IMG/VR virus record: IMGVR_UViG_3300047403_000115
Coordinates: 1 to 25,563 of that record
Strand: one strand, 5' to 3'
From: a virus
Lineage: Duplodnaviria > Caudoviricetes
Length of the DNA: 25,563 bases
Positions within the stretch are counted from its first letter, which is position 1; the number at the start of each line of letters is the position of its first letter. A model generated the notes under the pieces. The model was not told where the DNA came from, did not search any database, and saw only the letters and a program-made list of their open reading frames with translations. This document shows positions 1 through 8,559 of the stretch, in pieces. Made by a program: the position numbers and the translations under genes.

Positions 1-409
1 CCTGCGCCATAGCGGACGCCGTGGCCCCTTGGTGCAGGGTGCCGCCGTACTGATTGCCGAACTGTGCGCTCAGGCGGGGCTGGATTTGGTTCCAGATCGA
101 ATCCGACATCTGTTGGAAGTAGGGATTGTCCGCCCCGAGATACTTCCCCTGAATGGTGTCAAGAAGCGTCCCCGAGGCCGCCTGATTGAGGGGCGAGCCC
201 TCCGTGGCCCTCTGCGCCTGAAACTGAAGGGCCTGCATCTGCTCGGGGTTGAGGCCGGCAACAGTTGACCCCGGATAGTAGGGCGGCATACCCTGATTGT
301 AAACATCCTGAGCGCCGGACCAGCCCGTCTTGAGATAGGGTATCTGGGCTTCCGCCATCGGGTTTGAGTTGGTGACGGTCGAAGAACCGCTCGAAGGTGA
401 TCCGCTCAT
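1..409 (-). CDS. Internal virion / DNA ejection protein, partial (runs off the window edge; not in ORF track)
   Basis: Open frame from ATG at 409: MSGSPSSGSSTVTNSNPMAEAQIPYLKTGWSGAQDVYNQGMPPYYPGSTVAGLNPEQMQALQ... with no stop to position 1. The Ser/Thr-rich N-terminus, the PYL and YPGSTVA segments, and the position after the nozzle and GNAT-like genes fit podovirus ejection proteins. Confidence 0.65.
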   Translation of the reverse strand, partial: MSGSPSSGSSTVTNSNPMAEAQIPYLKTGWSGAQDVYNQGMPPYYPGSTVAGLNPEQMQALQFQAQRATEGSPLNQAASGTLLDTIQGKYLGADNPYFQQMSDSIWNQIQPRLSAQFGNQYGGTLHQGATASAMAQ

Positions 410-410
410 G

Positions 411-812
411 TCATACGTTCCAAGTCAAAGAAGTGTGCGCGATGTCCGGCTTGGGAAACAGTTTCTTAAATCCCTCCCGGCACTCCATCCGAATGAAGGA
501 ACAGCCCATCTGCTTGGCGTGTTCCTTTAGCGTCTGGGGAACCAGTTTGACCCATTCCTTCCGGTAGCCGTCCTCCGCCGAACCTAAAAGCACGAACAGA
601 AACTTCAGCCTCGGGGTCTGCTGGATGCAAGTAACCCCCGCCCCCGCTATGTCGTTCCCCATCAGAAGCCATAGGGTAAAGGTGCCGTCAGAGATTCCCC
701 TTATGACATCCGTAACCGTAAAGCCGCCGTCTCCCTCTTTCAAAGCCCGCTTGATGTGATAGAGCGCCCCGAAGGGCAGAAAATCCTTTGGATTATGTTT
801 GACCAGTTTCAC
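411..812 (-). CDS. GNAT-like tail-region protein (acetyltransferase-like fold)
   Basis: ORF 411..914; the likely start is GTG at 812, overlapping the upstream stop (GTGA). Motifs IKRAL..G...DV...I..G...LW and LKEHAKQMGCSFIRMECREGF resemble GNAT-like proteins encoded before podovirus ejection genes. Confidence 0.55.
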   Translation of the reverse strand: MKLVKHNPKDFLPFGALYHIKRALKEGDGGFTVTDVIRGISDGTFTLWLLMGNDIAGAGVTCIQQTPRLKFLFVLLGSAEDGYRKEWVKLVPQTLKEHAKQMGCSFIRMECREGFKKLFPKPDIAHTSLTWNV

Positions 813-1231
813 CGCTGATACCCATTCAAGATCCCCGGCGTCGGGAGATAGGCCGGCTTGGGCATACCGAAGGACGCCTGGTTCAATATCCCCTGTGGCC
901 TGTGGGCCGCCCACATAGCAGCAGCCGTATCATTCCCCACCCCCGGCAGGGAAGCCCCGAGGCCCGGCGTAGGGGCGAAAGAGGCCGGCTGGATGCCGCC
1001 GTAAACAGGGGCCGGCGTCGGGGCGGGAGGGGCCGCAGGAGCAGCCGCCTGATTTTTTTGCAGGTTCCTTAAAATCTGTTGCTGTATGCCCGTCACCGTC
1101 GGGGTGGAACCATAATCATGGAGGTATTTTTGCATCCCATAGCCACCGCCATAGGCGGGGTTAAGTAGCCCAAGCCACGAAGCTAGTTCTTGGTATTGCC
1201 TTAAATAGCCGCCTGCGTCGGGAGCGCCCAT
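809..1231 (-). CDS. Hypothetical Gln/Pro/Gly-rich protein, possibly virion-associated
   Basis: 140-aa ORF packed tightly between its neighbours (1 nt after the upstream stop, 4-nt overlap downstream); low complexity. Confidence 0.55.
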   Translation of the reverse strand: MGAPDAGGYLRQYQELASWLGLLNPAYGGGYGMQKYLHDYGSTPTVTGIQQQILRNLQKNQAAAPAAPPAPTPAPVYGGIQPASFAPTPGLGASLPGVGNDTAAAMWAAHRPQGILNQASFGMPKPAYLPTPGILNGYQR

Positions 1232-1232
1232 G

Positions 1233-1589
1233 TTAACCTACCATTAAGACATTGAAAGTCCGGTCTGTTTGGGCGTTATTGGCATGGGTTATGACAAACG
1301 CGCCGTTATTCCGATTCGCTGAAGTAACGTACATTGTAGCACCGTATAATTCGGCTGCCGCATTGGCCGTTACTGGATCGAATACTATAGCAGTATTAAC
1401 AGTTAACCGTGCATCCGTCAAGGTCGTGGAGGCCGCATTGGCGGTCAAGGTAAGGGTCGTCACCGCGTTGAAGTGGCCCTGAAGGGCGCTATTGACGATC
1501 CGCGCCATTTTTCGGTAGCCCTGCCGGAAGGCATCGGGGGTTTCCCCGTCAATATCGTTGGGGGCAGAGGGATAGCCATGACTAGACAT
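1233..1589 (-). CDS. Small tail/virion structural protein
   Basis: 118 aa, Thr/Ala-rich beta-type sequence (TLTLTANAASTTLTDARL...FVITHANNAQTDRTF), overlapping the end of the nozzle gene. Confidence 0.65.
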   Translation of the reverse strand: MSSHGYPSAPNDIDGETPDAFRQGYRKMARIVNSALQGHFNAVTTLTLTANAASTTLTDARLTVNTAIVFDPVTANAAAELYGATMYVTSANRNNGAFVITHANNAQTDRTFNVLMVG

Positions 1590-3129
1590 TGGCGGTCGTC
1601 TCCCGCTCGCCCTCGATCTTCAAGAGGGGCTCTACCCCTTGGGCGTGGGTCCATGAAGAAGCCGAGGGGATAGTCACTTGTGCCCGGACGAACCTCCCGC
1701 TCAATCTTTGGGGAACAACCCACCTTTTGTCTATCGGGCTTCCCGTTGAGGGGTATTGAATGGTTCCGCCGGGGGTTTCCCTTATCCCCGTCTTGCCTGT
1801 CACGGTTCCCGACGAAACATCGGAAATCACACGGAAACCCCGTACAAAAGCCCGCCTGCCTTCCGTGTTGAAGTCCCCCGTCTCAATGACAGCCTCCATG
1901 TTGGAGCCCGAAAAGGCATAAGTCTTATGATCAGAGCAGAACAGCCCGAGGGAAATAGCCCCACCGGCATAGGCGGGATGATCAAGGGATAGAGGAATGG
2001 TTTCTATATCCGAGGAGATCGAATCCATCTGTTCCAGCGTGTACCCCTGTCCATAGGCCCGGTAGATGTATTCAAGAGTCGTAATGGACCCGGAGAAGTC
2101 CGACGATGACCCTCCTGCCTGCGACCATTTTTGGAGATTGTAGTTGTAGATCAATATCCTATTAGGAGCGCCGGAACTTGAGGCGTTAGTCGGGTAAATC
2201 CACATAACCAGTGCGTTAATTGGGTCTTGCGCCCCGACGATACGGGAACGATAGGACTTCTGAACTTCCCCGCCGAATGTCTGGTCAACCTTCTGATACC
2301 CAATAGGGGTGGAAAATGACCCATTGTGCATATAGAAGCCGTCGTCCGATAGGTAAAGGACTTGGCTGCCTATGTGAACCACACTTTTAGGAGAGGGTGT
2401 GCCACGATCCTTCTCTATCTCGATGAAATCGAACACCTGAGGCGGGCCGACATACTGGACGCGGTAGATGGCCTTCTCCATAAAGACAAGGCCGGTGGCG
2501 CTACCGACGGCCCCCACGATGGCTTGAACTGAACCCCCTGTAGGGATGTCGTAAAATCCCGACTGTGCCGCCGCAGCAGCGGCGGTAGCAGGCGTGGGCC
2601 ACGACGTAGGATCGCCCACTCCGGACCACCAGATGCGGGACGATTGCGCTCCGTAGGTGCCGTCCGAGGTGTTCCCCAACACAGTAAACCCAGGGGCCCA
2701 AACCGCGATGTGTTTCGCCTTCGGGGCCGCCGCCGCGAGATCCGCGAAAGCGGATGACGTGCCCATGACAAACGATTGAACGGGATCGACGATGTTGGTC
2801 GCCATCACCCTGTCTTTATATTGGGCGAACGACCACATCTCCTCGGATGTCACCCCGTAAGTAGCGCCCGAAATGTCGGTCCACGTCGTTGTCTGAAGGT
2901 CGTAGAGCTTCGTAGCATCCCCGGCGAAGTTAAAGACAACCCCGGTCCCGCTCCGGCCGCTGTAAGCACCTTGGCAGCGGGCCGTTAGGGCCGTGGTGTA
3001 GGACGCTGGAGCCATGATTGGGCCATAGGAACTCCCCGTCTTTGGCACGACGTTACGCGCCACCGTTGCCGCCGATGAATTAAAGGCGGGTTGGTCCGGT
3101 AGATATTCCCCGAATGGGACGATGGGCAT
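1582..3129 (-). CDS. Tail nozzle / DNA stabilisation protein (P22 gp10-like or tail tubular B-like)
   Basis: 515 aa, propeller-like; FGEYLPDQP N-terminus, RIWWSGVGDPTSW, YLSDDGFY, PIGYQKVD, LIYNYNLQKWS; directly after the adaptor gene. Confidence 0.75.
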   Translation of the reverse strand: MPIVPFGEYLPDQPAFNSSAATVARNVVPKTGSSYGPIMAPASYTTALTARCQGAYSGRSGTGVVFNFAGDATKLYDLQTTTWTDISGATYGVTSEEMWSFAQYKDRVMATNIVDPVQSFVMGTSSAFADLAAAAPKAKHIAVWAPGFTVLGNTSDGTYGAQSSRIWWSGVGDPTSWPTPATAAAAAAQSGFYDIPTGGSVQAIVGAVGSATGLVFMEKAIYRVQYVGPPQVFDFIEIEKDRGTPSPKSVVHIGSQVLYLSDDGFYMHNGSFSTPIGYQKVDQTFGGEVQKSYRSRIVGAQDPINALVMWIYPTNASSSGAPNRILIYNYNLQKWSQAGGSSSDFSGSITTLEYIYRAYGQGYTLEQMDSISSDIETIPLSLDHPAYAGGAISLGLFCSDHKTYAFSGSNMEAVIETGDFNTEGRRAFVRGFRVISDVSSGTVTGKTGIRETPGGTIQYPSTGSPIDKRWVVPQRLSGRFVRAQVTIPSASSWTHAQGVEPLLKIEGERETTANV

Positions 3130-3756
3130 CTAGAACTGTGTCGGGCGCAACCGGCCCGAGGAAATCTGCATGGTCGTGGCGCTACGGAGACGATTCGCCA
3201 TTTCCATTTCTGTTTGTCTATGGATAGCGGCCGTTTCCGGGTCATGGTCGAGATTGAGGCAAATGTCCCACTTCGCCCTAGCCCGAATCAGCTGCTCCCC
3301 GTCCGTCATCCATGCGTTTGTGTCACTGTCAGACGATAGCGCTGCAAGGCGCTTGACGTAGGCAACGGTGACCGTTCTTACCGCCTGGGGAATAGGGTAG
3401 AACCTAAGCTGTTGTTTGTAATAGCAATAATCAGTCGGATCGCCTTGCAGGGCGGTGCTGGTGTTAACCGACTCAATGTAATTGAAGCTCCTGCGGCGGA
3501 TCTCATGTATGCTTCCGCTTATGGTCAGATTAACGTTGTCAATCAAGATCATATTGGGGATGTCCGCGTAATCGGACGATGAATAATACTCCTGCCCGAC
3601 TACGGTGCTGAAAGTCCCCGTGGTTTCGTTGAAGTAGAACCGCTCATGCTCGTAAAATTTGATGGCGGATTGAATCGCGGCGGTGATTTGTGTCGTCAAA
3701 TCAGCCCTTTGGCCGAGTTCGTCCGCTATGCGGCTTTTCATCGTTCCGAGAGTCAT
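3130..3756 (-). CDS. Head-tail adaptor (tail tubular A-like)
   Basis: 208 aa; MTLGTMKSRIADEL, AIKFYEHERFYFNE, LRFYPIP, DSDTNAWMTD are typical podovirus adaptor motifs; precedes the nozzle gene. Confidence 0.8.
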   Translation of the reverse strand: MTLGTMKSRIADELGQRADLTTQITAAIQSAIKFYEHERFYFNETTGTFSTVVGQEYYSSSDYADIPNMILIDNVNLTISGSIHEIRRRSFNYIESVNTSTALQGDPTDYCYYKQQLRFYPIPQAVRTVTVAYVKRLAALSSDSDTNAWMTDGEQLIRARAKWDICLNLDHDPETAAIHRQTEMEMANRLRSATTMQISSGRLRPTQF

Positions 3757-4266
3757 TCATGCCTCCAAGATCAAGCCGCAACGTAAATCTTCATTCGCGT
3801 CCACGTTGTTATCGGCCGTTATGTTGTAAATTGACAATGATTGCACGGCGCCGAACGCAACACCCGTGCCCGGATCGGTCACGGTGGACAGGAGATAACT
3901 GGCGGAAGCCCCCGATACTACAAACTCCAATACAAGATCGGCCGACGCCGCAATCGTTACGGGCGTTGTAAACCGGAAATCTATCAGGCCCGTTGTGCTG
4001 ACACTGAGAGCGGACGACGTTGCGATGGCGGAGCTGTCGTTGAAATTATAGAGCTTGGCAGTAATTGATCCCGCCGTCGTTACCGTATCAATGTCCAGTC
4101 TCGCGCCGTAGGCAATCCCCGCCTGCGCGGCCGTGAAGCGAATGCCGCCGAAGGGCCGCGTCGATTGGGTGAGGCCGGTTGAATTACTTCCGACCTTGGC
4201 ATCCTGCATCGAGGCCGTGAAAAGCAGGATGCCTCCCGACATGGCAAGGGCGTTAACCGTCAACAT
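3757..4266 (-). CDS. Hypothetical virion protein (fibre-associated)
   Basis: 169-aa beta-rich ORF translationally coupled to the fibre gene (TGATG) and abutting the adaptor. Confidence 0.6.
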   Translation of the reverse strand: MLTVNALAMSGGILLFTASMQDAKVGSNSTGLTQSTRPFGGIRFTAAQAGIAYGARLDIDTVTTAGSITAKLYNFNDSSAIATSSALSVSTTGLIDFRFTTPVTIAASADLVLEFVVSGASASYLLSTVTDPGTGVAFGAVQSLSIYNITADNNVDANEDLRCGLILEA

Positions 4267-5348
4267 CAGGTATCGGTATTCGCGTTGAGGGTGATCAAAA
4301 TCTGGACGCCGAGCAACAGTGCGTCAGCCGCCAGGGTATCGCCGCCCGCAGCCGCGTCGCGGTAGAGCTGAAGCACGATAGCATCGCTTTGGGCCGGGGT
4401 ATTACCGATGGTGATGGCCGATGTCGCGGACGAAATGTGCATATCGTTGGTCGAGAGAAGGGTATCCGTGACCGTCTGCGCGGTTCCGAAGGCCGTGTCC
4501 ATCGCGTCGTCATCCGAAAGTGCGAGGCCCTGAGCGCCCCAAATGACATTCCCCGACGATGAAGTGGCGGTCCAGTAGAACTTGACCGTAATCGTGGAAT
4601 TGTTCCATGACTTCGGCATACCGACAGTCACTTGGCCATATTCCGCCGTTGAGGCGTCGAAATCCAGGGTCTTTCGCATGACCTTGTTGGTCGTCGTTTC
4701 CGTCAGGCCCGCCGCTGCACCGTTGGTTGTCCTCGGGGTGATACCGCCCGCAGGAACCCAGATCGTATGAAGCCCCTGCGACAAAACGCCAACCGCATTT
4801 TGGGTGCCGAACTTGGTGTCGGTACCGTCGTAATAGACCAGATCGCCCGAGGCAGATGGCGCGAAGCGTTCAATGGTCGAAGCGCCCCTTCGGATCAGAT
4901 CCGCCCGCGTGGTTGTAGGGTCAGAAGCGAACTTCGAGATAGCCCCCAGAACGACGAAATCAGTCCCGTCATACATGATCATCAGGGGTTGGGACGTTTG
5001 AATGTCGGTCGAGGCAATCGCGACCTTGCCCGTCGAGTCGTATCGCTTGAGGTTCTTCGCCCCCAAAGACGACACATTGATGGTCGGGGAAGCCCCGCAG
5101 GCGGTATGGAACTTGACGTTCAACACAAGGCCGTCATAATAGGCCGAGATAGTCCGATTGGGGGTCAGGGTATAGGCCGTCGAAGTGCCTGCCGTGGTGA
5201 TCTCCCCGTCCACCGTATCCTTCAACCCACGGGCCAGCATCCCCTCGAGGGCGCGGGCACCATCGTTAAGGGTAGATGCAGCCTGATTCTCGGGGAAGCG
5301 GGCCGTATTGGAGGCGTCCGTTACGGACAGGTCTTTGATTTCGGCCAT
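4266..5348 (-). CDS. Fibre-like virion protein with C-terminal beta-sandwich-like domain
   Basis: 360 aa, Thr/Ala/Ser-rich. The N-terminal FPENQAASTLNDGARALEG, the central YYDGL..VKFH...GASPTINVSSLGAK segment and the C-terminal LDFDASTAEYGQVTVGMPKSWN pattern resemble podovirus fibre proteins. Confidence 0.65.
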   Translation of the reverse strand: MAEIKDLSVTDASNTARFPENQAASTLNDGARALEGMLARGLKDTVDGEITTAGTSTAYTLTPNRTISAYYDGLVLNVKFHTACGASPTINVSSLGAKNLKRYDSTGKVAIASTDIQTSQPLMIMYDGTDFVVLGAISKFASDPTTTRADLIRRGASTIERFAPSASGDLVYYDGTDTKFGTQNAVGVLSQGLHTIWVPAGGITPRTTNGAAAGLTETTTNKVMRKTLDFDASTAEYGQVTVGMPKSWNNSTITVKFYWTATSSSGNVIWGAQGLALSDDDAMDTAFGTAQTVTDTLLSTNDMHISSATSAITIGNTPAQSDAIVLQLYRDAAAGGDTLAADALLLGVQILITLNANTDT

Positions 5349-5486
5349 CTACTTCTTCCCAATGTCACATTTAAGGGCATGGAGGCCGACACCCCGGCCG
5401 ATGTAATTCCCGCACTTGGGGCATGTCCCCTTGGGGACTTCCGCCTTAACTTTCGGCTTTTCCATAACAATCTGCCGCCTACGCAT
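5349..5486 (-). CDS. 45-aa basic C2HC zinc-finger microprotein (not in ORF track)
   Basis: MRRRQIVMEKPKVKAEVPKGTCPKCGNYIGRGVGLHALKCDIGKK*. AAGGAG RBS upstream; fills the gap exactly, and its TAG abuts the fibre ATG. Confidence 0.7.
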   Translation of the reverse strand: MRRRQIVMEKPKVKAEVPKGTCPKCGNYIGRGVGLHALKCDIGKK

Positions 5487-6192
5487 CGCCTATCTCCTTG
5501 GCTGCCTTGCACCACTCGTCGGAATATGGGCTATTCTCGTATCCCGCCATTTCGGGTATTCCCAAGGTGAAGTGGACGGCCTTTGGAATAATAGCCGAAT
5601 CGTTTATTTTGGCAAGCCAGTTCCACTCAAGAGGAAGTTCCCCGATTTCTTCGTCCTTCAGCCAGGAAAAGGCGTGTAACCACCGCCCAGTCTGCGTGTT
5701 TACTACATGGGGCGTAAGCTCTTTATTTGCCGGATGGGCGCAATTCCACAGGATGAACGAGGACCAGTTTTTCCGGGGGTACGGGGCCTGATTTTGGCCA
5801 TCCATCTTTTCCGTCTCTTTTGGGACGTGATTGTGATGAACGACATAAACGGCCTTGTCGGTTTCGGTGTACGGTAGAAGCTCCGAAATGTCCGCCCTGA
5901 ATAGGAAGTCACAGTCGCAAAATAGCGCCCACCCGGAGTATTTCCGCAAATGCGGGACCAGGAAGCGGGTGAATGTGAACTCGGTCGAAAAGGGCCGGCC
6001 ATCAACGGAGTCGATCTTGACCCCGCCATCAAGCCAGAACTGCCGCCTGTAAATCCCCTTGGCGCGCAATTCGGCTTGGACCAGGGGGAATATACTGATC
6101 GGGATAGTACAGGTTCTGGCCAAGCTGTACTTGCAGACGTCGTAGGCGATCTTTTCTCTATCGTCATAACCAATGTAAACGGGGAGCGTCAT
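5479..6192 (-). CDS. GT-A fold glycosyltransferase (GT8-like / CDI-like)
   Basis: Start re-placed at ATG 6192 (ATGA overlap with the methyltransferase stop). Motifs VYIGYDDRE, STEFTFTRFLVP, DCD (DxD), YPRKNWSS, LPLEWNWL, VHFTLG. Confidence 0.85.
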   Translation of the reverse strand: MTLPVYIGYDDREKIAYDVCKYSLARTCTIPISIFPLVQAELRAKGIYRRQFWLDGGVKIDSVDGRPFSTEFTFTRFLVPHLRKYSGWALFCDCDFLFRADISELLPYTETDKAVYVVHHNHVPKETEKMDGQNQAPYPRKNWSSFILWNCAHPANKELTPHVVNTQTGRWLHAFSWLKDEEIGELPLEWNWLAKINDSAIIPKAVHFTLGIPEMAGYENSPYSDEWCKAAKEIGDA

Positions 6193-6704
6193 TTCGGTAC
6201 ACCAATGAAAATGAAGTTGCCTCGGCGGATTTTGGCGGCGTGGCAGTCCCACCTTTTGAGCAAGTGATTCAGCCACCAATTCGAGTTTTCGACGATCAGG
6301 TGGGCGTTTCTGCCGTCAGGAAGGGTTTTCCCGGCCGCTTTTAGGGATATGACCAGGAACACGGCCTTCTTGGCGAGGGACTGAATGTGATTAAGAACGT
6401 CCTCAAGGCAGTCCGGCTCGATGTGCTCCAGAACGTCCGTGCAAATGACCATATCGGCCGGCTCGGGGAGTTTGTCTTTCCCCGGAATAGCGGGGTCATA
6501 CTCCGCCACTTCCGCACCGATGGCGTTCCACATGATTGTCGCGAGGGAGCCCTTTCCGCAGCCGTAGTCGAGATAGGATTCGGGCTTGTAGGTTGACTGG
6601 ATCGTAAAGAGCGACGTGATCCATTTCGCTCCATTGGCCCCGTAATCTTCCCGCATTTCATGGAACTGCTTGTTCAGACGCCTGTATTCATCGGTAATCA
6701 GCAA
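6189..6704 (-). CDS. Class I SAM-dependent methyltransferase
   Basis: Motif I YLDYGCGKG, then YDPA, ADMVICTDVLEHIEP and NAHL. Confidence 0.9.
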   Translation of the reverse strand: MLITDEYRRLNKQFHEMREDYGANGAKWITSLFTIQSTYKPESYLDYGCGKGSLATIMWNAIGAEVAEYDPAIPGKDKLPEPADMVICTDVLEHIEPDCLEDVLNHIQSLAKKAVFLVISLKAAGKTLPDGRNAHLIVENSNWWLNHLLKRWDCHAAKIRRGNFIFIGVPK

Positions 6705-8046
6705 GATCGTTCCCCACTTGGTTCAGGAGGCTGGTCCAGCCCTCGGTTTGACGATAGAACTTGGCCGTTTGGCGGTACCAAGCCTCGTTCGGTTTGGTGT
6801 AGCGCCATGCCATCTGCCGGGGAGTGAGCACCCAGACAGGCTTTCCGAGTGCGCCCGCGAGATGGTAAACAGACGTACAGACGGTAATGACCAGATCGAG
6901 ACCGGATACGAACTGGGCCGTCCGATCGTAGTCGTCGCATTGAACCCATTTCGGCCAATGCTTGACCACAACGCCCGTTTCCTGTTCTAGCTCGCAGACT
7001 TCCCTGGGGGCGTCCGCCGTGTACTGAAGCGAGTAGAAGTCACAGTCGTTCTGAAGGATCGGCATCCACTCGATTAGGGGGATGGACCGAAAGTCGTAAT
7101 TGGTTTTCTTCGTTCCGCCGCGCCATGAAATGCCGACCTTCAGCCTCTTATTGTCGGGGAAGCAATCCGCAGGAGGAGCCTTCAGGAAAGGCGTTCCTGG
7201 GAAGTCCCGCGCGAAATTACGGTAGTATTTCCCCAATTGCGACAATGAGATAGCCCCATCGGCGTAAACATTGTCCATCCATTCGATGTTGTTCTGCTGC
7301 TTCCGCGTGCCGTAGATTTCCACTTCGGGGAAGGACCGCTTCATCAGATTCACGAGGCGGGGGTGGCAGTCGTAAACAACGTGTTTACAGTCTCTGATTA
7401 GATCGGGGAGCATGGAGGCAAAGAGGATTTCGTCGCCTACCCCCTGTTCGCCCCAGGCAATGACGGTCTTTCCCTTAGACCCATCCCATTCGGGGGTTTC
7501 GAAGTAGGTTCTCCGTTTCCTGTCCCCCGCCTTGAAGCCGGCCTCATAATCAAGCCACCCCTGTTTCCAATTCCCCAATTCCAGATTGGCGAAGGACCGA
7601 TTGAATTGTGCCGTAACCAAATCTGGACGGATTTTGATCGCTTCGTCGTAGGCTTTCAGGGCCTCGGCGGCGGAATCGTTATTGATGTGGCAGCCGCCAA
7701 TGTTGGATAAGATCTTGGCCCTCTCAACGGGATCGGTTGTCATATCCAGGGCGATGCGCCATATCTCCTCGGCCGCCTCCATCTTGTTTTCGGCCTTGAA
7801 GCAGGCCGCGAGATTCTGTACCGCGTCGGGGAAACTTTGCCCCCGCGCCTTTCGGATTTCGATTGCTTGTCTTAGAAGGGACGCCGCGACGCCGTTCTTG
7901 CCTCGGGAGAGGTAGCAGCTTCCTAGGAGGAATATCGCTTCGTCGTCGTGGAAGTCGTCATTCAGGTGGTCTGCCAGACAATTGACCGCCTCGGTGATTT
8001 CGCCACGGTCAATATGGACTTTCGCGCGCTCCAAGAGCGTAGGCAT
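6688..8046 (-). CDS. TPR-repeat protein with C-terminal GT9-like (GT-B) glycosyltransferase domain
   Basis: N-terminal TPR-like helices, then WDG, EQGVGDEILFAS, VGISWRG, RSIPL, FYSLQY, LDLVITVCTSVYHLAGALGKPVWVL and WRY. Confidence 0.9.
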   Translation of the reverse strand: MPTLLERAKVHIDRGEITEAVNCLADHLNDDFHDDEAIFLLGSCYLSRGKNGVAASLLRQAIEIRKARGQSFPDAVQNLAACFKAENKMEAAEEIWRIALDMTTDPVERAKILSNIGGCHINNDSAAEALKAYDEAIKIRPDLVTAQFNRSFANLELGNWKQGWLDYEAGFKAGDRKRRTYFETPEWDGSKGKTVIAWGEQGVGDEILFASMLPDLIRDCKHVVYDCHPRLVNLMKRSFPEVEIYGTRKQQNNIEWMDNVYADGAISLSQLGKYYRNFARDFPGTPFLKAPPADCFPDNKRLKVGISWRGGTKKTNYDFRSIPLIEWMPILQNDCDFYSLQYTADAPREVCELEQETGVVVKHWPKWVQCDDYDRTAQFVSGLDLVITVCTSVYHLAGALGKPVWVLTPRQMAWRYTKPNEAWYRQTAKFYRQTEGWTSLLNQVGNDLADYR

Positions 8047-8055
8047 GGGAACTCC

Positions 8056-8085
8056 AAAAGAGGGGGGAGGGGTTTCCCCCTCCCC
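8056..8085 (-). terminator. Intrinsic terminator after the capsid/cement genes
   Basis: Minus strand: GGGGAGGGG-GAAA-CCCCTCCCC (9-bp stem, GNRA loop) followed by CCTCTTTT. Confidence 0.75.
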
Positions 8086-8091
8086 TTGAGA

Positions 8092-8547
8092 CTAACCGGC
8101 GTTGCGGTCGTACCGGTAAAGGACGGTCCAGTTGATCGTCACGGACGCGGTGAGCGAACCCGATTCGATCTTGGCCGACAGGACGCCATAGCGGCTCGGA
8201 TCGTTGTCCGACACGGAGACGGTGACGCCGCCGCCAGTGTTGACCACATTCCGGCGATTGAACGTCGCCTTCGCGCCCGAGGAAATAAGGGCCGAAAGCG
8301 TCGCCTGCCCACTCGGGCCGCCAGTGGCAAGACCGAAGGAAATGCCGATGGTGTCCGCGCAGGTGTGATCTTCCATGAAATCGACGATGACGGCCCCGTG
8401 CGGAATCTTGCACAGGAACGCCACGTCGCCAGCGGAAGGAGCCGTGCCCGTGGCGGGGACGACAACCTGACCAGACTTGGACATGGTTCCTACATGGAGA
8501 CCGCCCGGCTGGTAGTTGGCGAAGGTAGTTGAGGTGATGGTTGCCAT
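8092..8547 (-). CDS. Capsid cement / minor capsid protein
   Basis: 151-aa beta-rich protein (AGDVAFLCKIPHGAVIVD) immediately after the major capsid gene, with its own RBS. Confidence 0.7.
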   Translation of the reverse strand: MATITSTTFANYQPGGLHVGTMSKSGQVVVPATGTAPSAGDVAFLCKIPHGAVIVDFMEDHTCADTIGISFGLATGGPSGQATLSALISSGAKATFNRRNVVNTGGGVTVSVSDNDPSRYGVLSAKIESGSLTASVTINWTVLYRYDRNAG

Positions 8548-8559
8548 GATGATTACTCC

